Shown: piece after piece, positions 28,286 through 38,099 of the stretch
Layout: each line of letters begins with the position of its first letter
How positions within the stretch are numbered: position 1 is the first letter of the stretch
Assembly: GCA_964510025.1 (NCBI GenBank)
Contig: CAZDZV010000004.1
Coordinates: 611 to 64,610 of the forward strand
Direction of reading: 5' to 3'
Length of the DNA: 64,000 nucleotides
From: an uncultured Methanosarcinales archaeon
GTDB lineage: Archaea; Nanobdellota; Nanobdellia; Woesearchaeales; DATDXC01
Notes under the pieces: generated by a model
The model's database searches: none
What the model was told of the DNA's origin: nothing
Seen by the model: only the letters and a program-made list of their open reading frames with translations
Translations under genes and position numbers: made by a program

Positions 28286-29866
28286 ATGAGAGATGATATT
28301 GCATTGGGGGGAGATTTTAGTTCTACTGGTGTCACTGTCAGGGCTGTGAATATGGGGACTATGGAGATTCTTGACCGTCATCAGATAGCTGTGGATGAGA
28401 TTGCAGAAAGGATGGGTTACCGAACCCATGAAGGCATGCTGGTCGGGCCAGGAGGAGAATACACTCTGCCTGGCGAGGTGGTTGTGGAGGGTATTGAGAC
28501 TGCTATGGATATGGCTGCGCAACAAAGCAGTTTCCGGCCTGATGATGTTGTTGCGATGTCATGGTCGTTCCAGGGGCATCATACTGATTGGTGGACAAGG
28601 GCAGCTATGGATATTCTCGCAGACCCTGATCCGGATGTGCGCTTGGCAGAGCAGCTGAAAGGAAAATTTAGCTGTGATGGCCCTACATGGAAAGACGCTT
28701 CAACAGCTGCGGAGACAAGGCAGCTAAATGAGGCCATGGCAGCTCATGGCAGGCCGGTGATTGTTATGGCTGAAAGGTTCCCTGGCCCGCAGATATTCAA
28801 AAGAGCAGGCACCCCTGCATACGAAGACGCTGCGATGATAACATGCGGCAATGCAACTGCATCATATGTCATAACAGGCATCCCGTCCTTCTCTGGTCCA
28901 GGAGACGCTGCTGCATCCGGCTTCGTAAATCTTGAGACACTTGCCCTGGACCCAGAATCCATGAGTTTGATCGCTGCAGACCTGCATACCAAGATCAGGC
29001 AGGTCACTCATTCAGGATCGGAGATAGGTAAAGCATCCCCGTATTTCCAGAGCAAGGGCTTCACAAACCTGAGGTTATATGTAGGTGACCAGGACAATAT
29101 AAAGTCAGGAGCATATCTCTTGTTTGGGCCTGATGTGATACAGATCAGCCTTGGAACATCATATACTATTTCAATCGTCTCAGAAAGATATCTGCCTGGG
29201 TTTGAAGGCAATTTCGCAAGCAATGATGCTGAATTTCCCTATTTGTTGCTGCTCTGCAAGAGGATGGGATCAGACAGCATCTCAGAGGTCTTAGCCATGC
29301 ATCATTACAGAAAAACAGATTTTGACCGTGTAAGCAGGTCGCTGAGGGCAACTCATGTCGGCAATGACGGAAGGATGGCTTTGCCTTGGTTCCAGCCAGA
29401 AATCATTCCATATGCCCCTCATGCACCAGGTATGATACGCGAGGGCTACTCAAGGCCAAGCTTCCGCCATGACATACGGGCAGTGATAGAGGGCAATTCT
29501 GCATCTATGCGTCTTGCCACTGAGCGCTACCTAACTCAGGTAGAAAGCATGCACGCTTTATCATTTGCAGGAGGAGCTGCTCAGAACCCGGACATAACAC
29601 AGATATGGATCAATATGTTCGGGCTGCCGGGGTATTTCATGGAGCATGTTGAGGATGCTGCAGCGATAGGGGCTGCATTGACAGCTATGGCTGACCATCA
29701 GAACAATCATGGACAGCAGACTACACTATCATCTGTTGTGCAGAGATTCCTATCGGTAAATAAGCCCAGGGTGGTGCACCCAGATATGGATGCTGCTGGG
29801 ATCTACATAAAAGAATATCTACCAATGTTTGAACGATTTGAAGGAATGCATGCGCAGGGGAGATAA
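28286..29866 (+). CDS. Xylulokinase-like FGGY kinase (eukaryote/Planctomycete-type motifs)
   Basis: GGDFSSTG, FQGH, TWKDAST, ERFPGPQIFK, GDQDN, ISLGTS, AGGAAQN. Confidence 0.78.
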   Translation: MRDDIALGGDFSSTGVTVRAVNMGTMEILDRHQIAVDEIAERMGYRTHEGMLVGPGGEYTLPGEVVVEGIETAMDMAAQQSSFRPDDVVAMSWSFQGHHTDWWTRAAMDILADPDPDVRLAEQLKGKFSCDGPTWKDASTAAETRQLNEAMAAHGRPVIVMAERFPGPQIFKRAGTPAYEDAAMITCGNATASYVITGIPSFSGPGDAAASGFVNLETLALDPESMSLIAADLHTKIRQVTHSGSEIGKASPYFQSKGFTNLRLYVGDQDNIKSGAYLLFGPDVIQISLGTSYTISIVSERYLPGFEGNFASNDAEFPYLLLLCKRMGSDSISEVLAMHHYRKTDFDRVSRSLRATHVGNDGRMALPWFQPEIIPYAPHAPGMIREGYSRPSFRHDIRAVIEGNSASMRLATERYLTQVESMHALSFAGGAAQNPDITQIWINMFGLPGYFMEHVEDAAAIGAALTAMADHQNNHGQQTTLSSVVQRFLSVNKPRVVHPDMDAAGIYIKEYLPMFERFEGMHAQGR

Positions 29867-29869
29867 AAA

Positions 29870-30928
29870 ATGGTGAACGTTCTAGCAGAGCCGGAAGTTA
29901 TAATAGCTGGATTTGGAGATGAATATTCTTATTTTGCAGAAGAGCATCTGGCGTTTCTTGGAGAGAGGAGCATCCCGATCTCCCTGAGATTTGTCAGCTT
30001 TGATGATGATGCCAGGCTCGGATGCCTTGATGGGCTTACCAGAGAGGAGTTCAGCAGACGCACAGCTGCGTTGAAAGAAGCAGGGAAGATCAAGCATGTG
30101 ACCCAACTGACAGCTGATGAGCTTGATAGATATAAAGACATGATGCACCAGCATGGCGTGGGCGTGTGGGATATAGGCTCTGCAGTGGGCAAGCAGTATC
30201 TGGGCGATCCAGCTCATGCAGAGGAATATCAGCGCCAGCAGGAAAATACGATAAGGGTTGCCCATTTCTTTGGGACACCCAGGGTCAGGATGTTTAATTT
30301 CTATCCCGGAAGAAAAGGAGACCTTGCCCGGCCAGGAACCCCACAACGCCAAGAGTATGCACAGATGGCCTTAGGATATATCCAGGACCTGGCTGACCTA
30401 ATGAGAAGGGAAGCCTTGGCCGGCTTTTTAGAGGTCGAGACTGAGCTTCTTGGGCATGACGGGGCTTCCCTGATGGACTTCTGGAAAAAGGTAGGCAGAG
30501 ATAATATCTTTCTTTATTTCGACGGAGCCAACATGGTGAGACAGGATGAGCAAAGGCAGGGATTGTCTTTGCAGACCTACAATGACATGGTTCCTGGCCT
30601 TGGCGGGCTGCATATAAAAGATGCTGTCTACAGCAGACTGGAGCCTGGGCAGTCAAGAGAAGAAGCACCATGGCCTCATGTGCCGGTCGGGCAGGGCGAT
30701 GCTGATTACGAGCTTGTGCTTCAGGATTTCAGGGAGAGGATCCATTCAGTACGGTCCAGGTTGGAACATGCGCGATTGCCCGGGTATGTGGGTGTGGTTC
30801 TTGAGCCGCATCTGAAAGCCCCTGGCCAGTTCGGAGGATTTACTGGTTCATTATACCAGAAAGCCGTAGATGCGCTGGTTGAGCAGTTGGGGATAGCGCA
30901 TATTGGGCATCAGGATCTAGCAAGGTGA
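29870..30928 (+). CDS. Sugar phosphate isomerase/epimerase (AP_endonuc_2 TIM barrel)
   Basis: GFGDE, IGSAVGK, RMFNFY, EVET, FDGAN, LHIKDA, VGQGD, LEPHL. Confidence 0.82.
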   Translation: MVNVLAEPEVIIAGFGDEYSYFAEEHLAFLGERSIPISLRFVSFDDDARLGCLDGLTREEFSRRTAALKEAGKIKHVTQLTADELDRYKDMMHQHGVGVWDIGSAVGKQYLGDPAHAEEYQRQQENTIRVAHFFGTPRVRMFNFYPGRKGDLARPGTPQRQEYAQMALGYIQDLADLMRREALAGFLEVETELLGHDGASLMDFWKKVGRDNIFLYFDGANMVRQDEQRQGLSLQTYNDMVPGLGGLHIKDAVYSRLEPGQSREEAPWPHVPVGQGDADYELVLQDFRERIHSVRSRLEHARLPGYVGVVLEPHLKAPGQFGGFTGSLYQKAVDALVEQLGIAHIGHQDLAR

Positions 30929-30932
30929 CTAT

Positions 30933-32174
30933 ATGGTTCTGAATGTAGCTTTAGCAGGTGTTAAGCCGTGTGGCGTGTCAGCTGCTCATATGGACGCGAT
31001 CGCCAGCCTGCAGGCTGAAGGCCTGGTAGAGCTGGTTGCGCTGGCAGAGATGAATCTCAGCAACCTCCATCCAGAAAGATGGAAAGGCCCGGCAAGGGCG
31101 CTGCTTGAGGGTGATGCTCGGCTGTATGATGACTTCAGCAATATGATGCAGCATGAGCGTGTAGATGCTGTCACAATAGCAACACCCCACCATCTCCATG
31201 TGCCTATGGCTGCTGAAGCTCTTGAAAATGGGTCCCATGTTTTTCTGGAAAAGCCGCCTGCACTGACCATGGGCAGCGGAAGAGAGCTTTTGTCTTCAGG
31301 CAAGACAGTAGGAGTCAACTATATGTATGCTGCTGCTGAATCTGCGCTAGAGCTTGCAGCAAGGATAGCTGACCTTGGAGAGCTTACCCATATCGTAGGC
31401 ATCGGCAAGTGGATGAGATGGAAAGAGTACTTTTCTAGAGCATCCTGGGCTGGCAAAGCATTTGTTGATGATGTTCCTGTACTGGACGGCTGCCTATTCA
31501 ACCAGTTTGGCCATCTGCTCAACCAGATCCTCATGTTTTCCGGTGCATCGCCTCAGGCTGTAAGAGCCGAGCTGTACAGGGGGCACACCTCGACAGAGAT
31601 GGAAGACACAGCCTGCTTAAGCATAAGGACAGATGGGCCTGAACTTCTGTTATACTGCACTGTCTGCCATACACAGGAGGAGCCGTATGAGGTCTATATT
31701 TACGGCTCAAAAGCTAGCGCTCACTGGACTCCTGGCAGATATGAGATCAGAGACTTAGAGGGCCGGACAATAGAAAAAAAGACATTCAAAGAGACATGGG
31801 CCTCTCTTATCCAGAGGAACTACAGGGACTTCATAGCGGCAGTGCAGGAGCAACGAGAGCCGATTGTAGCTTTAGAAAGAGGATTGCTGCCGACCCTCAT
31901 AGTAAACGCAGCCTATGTTTCTGCAGGCTATAGCATAAGGCAGGTGCCTGAGCACGCCATGGTTGAGCCCTACCAGGCAGAAAAACCAGGCACTACAGCC
32001 GGCATCCAGACAGACAAGGTTACAGTTGTCCCTATCCGCGCAGTTGGCCAGCTGATAGATGATGCATCCAAGATGCGTAGGATGTTCAGCGAGATGTCTG
32101 GCTTATCATGGGGAAGGCAAACAGGATATGTATCAATATCTGGTCTTGAATTTGATCCAGGGAGGTTAAGATGA
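30933..32174 (+). CDS. Gfo/Idh/MocA oxidoreductase
   Basis: DAVTIATPHHLH, HVFLEKPP, DG.L.NQFGH, EDTA. Confidence 0.9.
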   Translation: MVLNVALAGVKPCGVSAAHMDAIASLQAEGLVELVALAEMNLSNLHPERWKGPARALLEGDARLYDDFSNMMQHERVDAVTIATPHHLHVPMAAEALENGSHVFLEKPPALTMGSGRELLSSGKTVGVNYMYAAAESALELAARIADLGELTHIVGIGKWMRWKEYFSRASWAGKAFVDDVPVLDGCLFNQFGHLLNQILMFSGASPQAVRAELYRGHTSTEMEDTACLSIRTDGPELLLYCTVCHTQEEPYEVYIYGSKASAHWTPGRYEIRDLEGRTIEKKTFKETWASLIQRNYRDFIAAVQEQREPIVALERGLLPTLIVNAAYVSAGYSIRQVPEHAMVEPYQAEKPGTTAGIQTDKVTVVPIRAVGQLIDDASKMRRMFSEMSGLSWGRQTGYVSISGLEFDPGRLR

Positions 32175-33439
32175 CGATAGATGTCACAGTAGGCGGGCTT
32201 GCATGCTTAGATGTTGTGCCAGACATATCCCGAAGCAGGCAGGTAGTAGAACAGATATTTGGCATTGATGCCTCAAACGTGAAGCCTGGGCAGCTATATT
32301 TCCTTGATAAGCCCATACCTGCTGAGAAAGCAACCCTTTTCTGGGCACTTGTAGGGGACGCAGTAGTAAATGCAGGCGGCATTGTCTCTAACACAGGCGG
32401 CTCTTTGCACAGGCTGGGTTTTGATACCAGACTGATGACAAGGTTAGGGATGGATACAATCGGTGAAAGGATAGCTGATATCTATACGCAAGCTGGCTAT
32501 TCTGCTCAGTTTAGCAGAGAAGGCTCGACATCCTTCACTGTAGTTGCAAATCTGCCTGCTGGAAGATCATTCTTCCATTTTCCCCTGAGGCAATGGGGCT
32601 ATGACGATATTGACTTCGATGTTGTCGGAAACTCCAAGTTTTTTTTGGCTGGCTACCCCAACCTTATACAAAGCCTTTGGCAGGGTAATGGAGAAGGGCT
32701 GGGTAGAATATTAACAGAGGCTAAAAAAAGGGGGGCAACCACCATGGTTGACTTCTCCAACATAGACCCGTCCAAGCCGCCCAGCCAGGGTGATTGGGCA
32801 TCTATCCTGAGGAACTACACAATGGATATCTTTTTTCCAAGCGCAGAAGAAGGCATGTACATGCTGATGCCTGATAGGTACAGGCAGGTATGCGGCCAAA
32901 GGGACAGCTATAACAGCACCAGGCCGGAAGATGAGCATAAGTCCTTTGACAGCTTTGTCACATACGACGATGTCGATGAGCTCACAGGAATCCTTATCAG
33001 GCAGTATGGTGTATCCATAGCAGGCGTTAAGATAGGTGAAAAGGGATTCTACCTTAAGACAAGAAAGCAGCCTGTTGTACATGACCAGCTCGGCAGGGGA
33101 TTAGAAGGGTTTAGAGAATATGGAAGGGAATATTATTTTCCAGCTTTCCAGCCGAGGCAGATAATGGGCACAACAGGGGCAGGAGATGCACTTATTGCGG
33201 GTTTTCTTGGCGGGATGAGCAGCCGCTATGAGCTGGAAGAAGCTGGCTTGTGCGCAGTCATGGTTGCAGCAGAATGCCTTGAAGCAGCTGATTCCACGAG
33301 CAGCATCAGGAGATGGGTAGCTACCCAGGACAGGATAGTGCATACAGGTCCGCTAGCTGCCCTTGATCTGCCCGGTTCTTTTTCAGCCAAGAAGATCAAC
33401 AACAAGGGCTATCACGCATATCATAAAGATGTACGATAA
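32171..33439 (+). CDS. PfkB/ribokinase-family carbohydrate kinase
   Basis: GGIVSNTG, LGMD.IG, PSAEE, GTTGAGDALIAGF. Confidence 0.88.
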   Translation: MTIDVTVGGLACLDVVPDISRSRQVVEQIFGIDASNVKPGQLYFLDKPIPAEKATLFWALVGDAVVNAGGIVSNTGGSLHRLGFDTRLMTRLGMDTIGERIADIYTQAGYSAQFSREGSTSFTVVANLPAGRSFFHFPLRQWGYDDIDFDVVGNSKFFLAGYPNLIQSLWQGNGEGLGRILTEAKKRGATTMVDFSNIDPSKPPSQGDWASILRNYTMDIFFPSAEEGMYMLMPDRYRQVCGQRDSYNSTRPEDEHKSFDSFVTYDDVDELTGILIRQYGVSIAGVKIGEKGFYLKTRKQPVVHDQLGRGLEGFREYGREYYFPAFQPRQIMGTTGAGDALIAGFLGGMSSRYELEEAGLCAVMVAAECLEAADSTSSIRRWVATQDRIVHTGPLAALDLPGSFSAKKINNKGYHAYHKDVR

Positions 33440-34643
33440 TTTCCAGACAGCAATTGCAGCAGCTGCATATATTACCTCTAGGATTGCTTCATCTTCTCCG
33501 GTCGCATTGCAAGACAAGAGGACATTAACGATTGGCTCTAAGAGGATATATCTCCCTGAGCTTGACGGCGCTTCAAGGCATGTCGTCGATGTAGAGGATA
33601 TAGTCCTGAGAGTAACTAGTAACCACACTTTCGAGGTTGATGATTACCGAGATGATTACAGGCCAGCTGAGAAGGTAAGAAGGGCTCTTGCAAGGACCGG
33701 CTTCACTCCCCGATCAAGATTCAGCCGACGTCATGCGAGGAATCTTGAGAGATATGGCTATCTTTTTGACGAGCAAAGGTGGCACCGCCATCTTGAGCAT
33801 ATAGTAGAGCATAATCCTGAAGCAGAGCCTCTTGCCAAAGCTGCCCATGGCTATGATATCACAATGGTAAGCCAGGCATATATTGATATGCTTATCATAA
33901 GGGAGGGCTTCCTGCCCAAGCTGGGAAGGGCTGCGCTGGTTGCGGGCGCCGGAGCAGCTGCAGGAGCCGGTCTGGCAGCATTGCACCATATAAGCCCGGC
34001 AGTGCAACAGCTATGGGAGCATTATGTGGATCTGCTCCATTTCAGCGAATTTAGCTCGTATTGGGCAAATATGGGCGTAAGAGCAGCAGCCAACACCGCA
34101 ACTGTGCTTGCTTCATTCCTTTTGGGAGATATTTGCGCGCAGTATATAGAGGGCAGAGGCTTTGACAGCAGACGCTTCGCAAATACAGCAAGGACAACAA
34201 ACAAATATGGGATTGAATTTACAGCTGTCTATGAGCTTCTTAACATGATGCCAAAAGCCTTGCTAGGCAGCGAAGCCCTTGGCTCTCTTGCAAAGGCAGT
34301 AGTTGATGTTGTCGGCTACGGGTGCAGCATCGTCCATCCAAGGCATGTCTATCTTATGTCTCAGGAAAAGCCGGATTGGTTGTGGGGGCATTTCAGGTAT
34401 GTCCGCTCCATACAAGCTGCGCTTAAGGACAGGAAGCTCAGGAAAAGATGGTGGATGATGAACAAGGGAGCGATGTTCTGGATCCCTTTCCAGACCTGGA
34501 ACAGGGTTGCTAATGCGCCTGAGGAGGCTGTATTCTATGTTTCATTGGCAATGCCTGTCTGGACCGTATTCATGTCTTTGGTGTCCAACCAGAAAAGGGA
34601 TCTGCTCGAGCTTGAGCAGGCGATGGCTCTGTTAGATAGGTAA
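33429..34643 (+). CDS. Membrane protein with C-terminal Mpv17/PMP22-like region
   Basis: C-terminal FWIPFQTWN...P....FYVSLAMPVWTVFMSL and several TM helices. ATG at 33429 overlaps the pfkB end. Confidence 0.55.
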   Translation: MYDNFQTAIAAAAYITSRIASSSPVALQDKRTLTIGSKRIYLPELDGASRHVVDVEDIVLRVTSNHTFEVDDYRDDYRPAEKVRRALARTGFTPRSRFSRRHARNLERYGYLFDEQRWHRHLEHIVEHNPEAEPLAKAAHGYDITMVSQAYIDMLIIREGFLPKLGRAALVAGAGAAAGAGLAALHHISPAVQQLWEHYVDLLHFSEFSSYWANMGVRAAANTATVLASFLLGDICAQYIEGRGFDSRRFANTARTTNKYGIEFTAVYELLNMMPKALLGSEALGSLAKAVVDVVGYGCSIVHPRHVYLMSQEKPDWLWGHFRYVRSIQAALKDRKLRKRWWMMNKGAMFWIPFQTWNRVANAPEEAVFYVSLAMPVWTVFMSLVSNQKRDLLELEQAMALLDR

Positions 34644-34689
34644 CAAAATCTTTATAAATGAACATTCTGTTCCAGAATATCGTGATACA

Positions 34690-35703
34690 ATGAAGAAACT
34701 AAAAGTAGGCATATTCGGGGCAACAGGCATGGTAGGCCAAGAGCTCCTGAAGGTTCTTTTCGGCAGAAATTTTCCAATCGAGAAGCTCAGATTGTATGCT
34801 TCCTCACGCTCTGAGGGAAAGCATCTTGAGACACCCATGGGGACCATCACAGTGGAGAATGCAGACAAGGCAGATTTTTCAGAGCTTGACATGGCTTTCT
34901 TCGCTATCGGCAAGGGCTGGCCAAAGGAAAACGCCCCGAAGGCAGTTGAAGCAGGCTGCATTGTGATTGATAATTCATCTACTTTCAGGTATGATGACGA
35001 TGTTCCGTTGATCATCCCTGAGATAAATCCTGATGCTCTAGCTGATTCAAAGCTGATAGCGAACCCCAACTGCACAACAGCCATAGCTGCTATCCCGCTA
35101 TGGGTTATCTACAGGAACTTTGGGTTGAAGAAGGTCATCATATCCACATATCAGGCAGCAAGCGGAGCCGGGAACGGCGGCATGGAGGAGCTTGAGGCAG
35201 AGACCAAAAAAGCGCTGGATGGCGAAAAGCCAGGCAGCATGATATTTGCATATCCTCTTCCCTTTAATGTCATTCCGCATATAGACAGCTTTCAGGACAA
35301 CCAGTACACAAGGGAGGAGATGAAGGTGGTCTGGGAGACGCATAAGATATTTGGAGACAGCAATATACCCATCTCATGCACCTGTGTGAGGATCCCCACG
35401 ATGAGGACGCATTCTGAATCTATCGTGGTTGAGACTGAGAAGCCTGTGGACCCGGATAAGCTGAGGCAGCTGCTGAAGAAAACACCTGGCGTCAAGGTCA
35501 AGGATGATCCGGCAAACAACATCTACCCTATGCCTATGAATGCAACAGAGCAGTATGATGTAGAGGTGGGAAGGATAAGGCAGAACCTGATATTCAAGGA
35601 CCATGGCATAGAGTTCTTCGTTGCAGGCGACCAGATCCTGAAAGGCGCTGCCCTGAATGCAGTGCAGATAGGGGAGCTTATTGTGAAGCAGCGCTTCGGG
35701 TAG
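34690..35703 (+). CDS. asd: Aspartate-semialdehyde dehydrogenase
   Basis: GATGMVG, IDNSS.FR, IANPNCTT, TYQAASGAG, TCVRIP, LKGAALNAVQI. TTTATAAA at 34651-34658. Confidence 0.97.
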   Translation: MKKLKVGIFGATGMVGQELLKVLFGRNFPIEKLRLYASSRSEGKHLETPMGTITVENADKADFSELDMAFFAIGKGWPKENAPKAVEAGCIVIDNSSTFRYDDDVPLIIPEINPDALADSKLIANPNCTTAIAAIPLWVIYRNFGLKKVIISTYQAASGAGNGGMEELEAETKKALDGEKPGSMIFAYPLPFNVIPHIDSFQDNQYTREEMKVVWETHKIFGDSNIPISCTCVRIPTMRTHSESIVVETEKPVDPDKLRQLLKKTPGVKVKDDPANNIYPMPMNATEQYDVEVGRIRQNLIFKDHGIEFFVAGDQILKGAALNAVQIGELIVKQRFG

Positions 35704-36694
35704 GGTAAGCTATACTGTGCACTGCAGCCACAATCCTTGCTTCCGCCCAAAAATATTTTCTTTCCAGCCAGTTCATCTTGGCTCTGCTTATGCCCCAGAC
35801 AGTGAAAAAACCCTCTGAATCTCTTGTCAGTGCAGTGTCATAGCCGCTGTCATCCAGCCTCAGCGCCAGATCCAGGCTTACACCATAGCTGTAGGCATCC
35901 ATGAGCAGCAGGTTGGCTTTTTCTGCTCCATGATGCACCTGCCTGTAAGCCCTTTTCCAGGCTGCAGCCACCTTGTGTGTCAGTGGCAGCTTAAGGTATT
36001 TGAATTCCTTTTCTGAGAGCCTGTCGTAGCAGCATCTCTTCAGGTATACAAAATCAGCATTTTGCCTGGCTGCAAATGCAGCTGCATTGTCAGTGGCATC
36101 GCCGCAGGCCCGCAGCGCCACTACCAGCATCGGGCCAGCCATAGACAGAATATCCTCATAGGGCACAGACTCTGTGCCTCTTCCATAGGCAGCTGTTGCA
36201 GCTCCGCTGGTTGCAGCTATCTGGCCCCTGGTGTCTATTGTGCCGTTTAAGAAAAAGGCGTTTTGTATACCGAGCTTTAATGCTCTTCTTATAGCTGGTC
36301 CGTTCTGGTCGATGCCCAAAAAGTGGCTATAGGCCAATACATCCCTGAAGCCCTCCTGTACCATCTGCATGACATCTCCTTCTCCGCAGCATAGCTCAAC
36401 TATAACAGAAGGCCTGTGCTCATCCAGCAAAAGAACTTCCAATACGCTTGAGTAGCTGTGCTGGTGGGGTATCCATATTTTCCTGTAATCTCTGAGCAGC
36501 TCATTTGTGGCTGCAGGTGCTTTTAAGCCGCTTACCATATCTGCAATCAGACTGCCCACTGACAGCTCTTCAGCGATATCATGTCTGACATATAGGTGTT
36601 TTCTGGCTTGCTCTCTGTCAAACAATCCTACGCTGTGTTTCAGCAAGAACTCTTCTGTATGCTTTAGCCTTCGCTCCAGCCTAGCCCTTTTCAT
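35678..36694 (-). CDS. Class I SAM-dependent methyltransferase-like protein (Methyltransf_32-like)
   Basis: IVELCCGEG, GID, VALRACGDATD, CCY. Confidence 0.7.
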   Translation of the reverse strand: MKRARLERRLKHTEEFLLKHSVGLFDREQARKHLYVRHDIAEELSVGSLIADMVSGLKAPAATNELLRDYRKIWIPHQHSYSSVLEVLLLDEHRPSVIVELCCGEGDVMQMVQEGFRDVLAYSHFLGIDQNGPAIRRALKLGIQNAFFLNGTIDTRGQIAATSGAATAAYGRGTESVPYEDILSMAGPMLVVALRACGDATDNAAAFAARQNADFVYLKRCCYDRLSEKEFKYLKLPLTHKVAAAWKRAYRQVHHGAEKANLLLMDAYSYGVSLDLALRLDDSGYDTALTRDSEGFFTVWGISRAKMNWLERKYFWAEARIVAAVHSIAYPTRSAASQ

Positions 36695-36746
36695 GATTTT
36701 AGGATATTAGGCTCATTTAAAAAATTAACTATTAAGAAATAGTAAA

Positions 36747-36965
36747 CTATTTTTTCTTCTTTTTCCTTGTTTTGCGCTTCTTGGCTGGCCTGACGCTTCT
36801 GAGCACTTTCTTTGCATTTGCTCCGATGATGGCTATTCCCAGGCCGATCAGCAGAAATGCCCACCAATACTCCTTGTTGAATCCAAGATACACAACAGCC
36901 AGGAAGATAAATATCAGGGAAGCAGAAAGATACAAATCTCCTATTACTGTTTTTCTTAGTTTCAT
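36747..36965 (-). CDS. Small two-TM protein with basic tail
   Basis: Two hydrophobic helices, KKRKTRKKKKK C-terminus, GAGG RBS. Confidence 0.6.
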   Translation of the reverse strand: MKLRKTVIGDLYLSASLIFIFLAVVYLGFNKEYWWAFLLIGLGIAIIGANAKKVLRSVRPAKKRKTRKKKKK

Positions 36966-36997
36966 CCTAAACCTCAGAATAAAAGAAAAAAAAGGTT

Positions 36998-37489
36998 TTA
37001 TGGAACCTTTACGATCAATTCTCCAGCTGTAGACTTGTCAAAATCCTTTCCACCTGGGTCAATCGTATACTTCAAAGAGATTGTTGCTTGTACTTTTTCA
37101 TCATCGTCAGCTAGATCATCGCATGTTCCAATTGAACCATCACGATCGAAAACCACAGTGCCAACATCATTTGTTCCACCTGTTTTATCAAGTGACACCG
37201 CTCCCGCCTGTGCCAAGCAACTATTAGTGTCGTCTTTTATCTCTGAAGTATCCAAAATATCCACATCATCATTCAGGGTGTTCTTAATCTTCAAGCTAAG
37301 TGTACCTGTAGTAGCGCTCCATTTGTCACAAAACAATCCGCTCCCGGTTGGCAGCGTACATTTCTCAGGCAGCATCTCTGTCGGCTTGATGAAATACATC
37401 AATGCGCCTATGGCAATAAGCACAACTAAAATAGCCCAGCCATAGGTCATCAAGAATTCCATAGCAGCTTGTCCTTTTTTTATCATCAT
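36998..37489 (-). CDS. Type IV pilin (major-pilin candidate B), class III signal peptide
   Basis: KKG|QAAMEFLMTYGWAILVV; RBS GAGGTGA; T-tract downstream. Confidence 0.88.
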   Translation of the reverse strand: MMIKKGQAAMEFLMTYGWAILVVLIAIGALMYFIKPTEMLPEKCTLPTGSGLFCDKWSATTGTLSLKIKNTLNDDVDILDTSEIKDDTNSCLAQAGAVSLDKTGGTNDVGTVVFDRDGSIGTCDDLADDDEKVQATISLKYTIDPGGKDFDKSTAGELIVKVP

Positions 37490-37502
37490 TTTTTCACCTC
37501 TT

Positions 37503-38099
37503 TTATGGTATCTTAACAATCAGTTGACCTGCTGTGACCTTAGCGAACCCAACAAGTGAATCTGCATCTGCGCCTGCGCCACCGGGTGCGCTATCAGCCC
37601 CAAGAGAAATTTCATCTGTAAAATTCAAACTCACTTGCCCTTGTAATTTTTCGCCAGCAACTATAAGATCGGTAGCAGCACCATAGCAGGTGTCAGCTGC
37701 ATCTTCATCAGCAAGTCCATCCCTACCAAAAACAACTGTCGCTGTACCTTCTTTAGGCAATTGAACAGATACATCTGATGGGTTAGTATATCCCACTAGA
37801 TCTGAATCGACATTTGCATAGCACCTGTCCCCATCATCGTTTTCAATAAAAGACGTGGTTGATACATACAAAGGCTCAGTCATTGAGTTCTTAATCAATA
37901 AAGTAATCTCTGATCCAACTGAATCAGCGCCCCACTGTTCGCAAAATATTCCGCTTCCAGTTGGCAGCGTACATTTCTCTGGTATCATCTCAGTCGGCTT
38001 GATGAAATACATCAATGCGCCGATTGCAATTAAAACAACCAAGATTGCCCAGCCATAAGTCATCAAGAATTCCATAGCAGCTTGAGCTTTTCTTCTCAT
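37503..38099 (-). CDS. Type IV pilin (major-pilin candidate A), class III signal peptide
   Basis: RRKA|QAAMEFLMTYGWAILVV; RBS GAGGTGA; own TTTATATA at 38166-38173. Confidence 0.88.
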   Translation of the reverse strand: MRRKAQAAMEFLMTYGWAILVVLIAIGALMYFIKPTEMIPEKCTLPTGSGIFCEQWGADSVGSEITLLIKNSMTEPLYVSTTSFIENDDGDRCYANVDSDLVGYTNPSDVSVQLPKEGTATVVFGRDGLADEDAADTCYGAATDLIVAGEKLQGQVSLNFTDEISLGADSAPGGAGADADSLVGFAKVTAGQLIVKIP

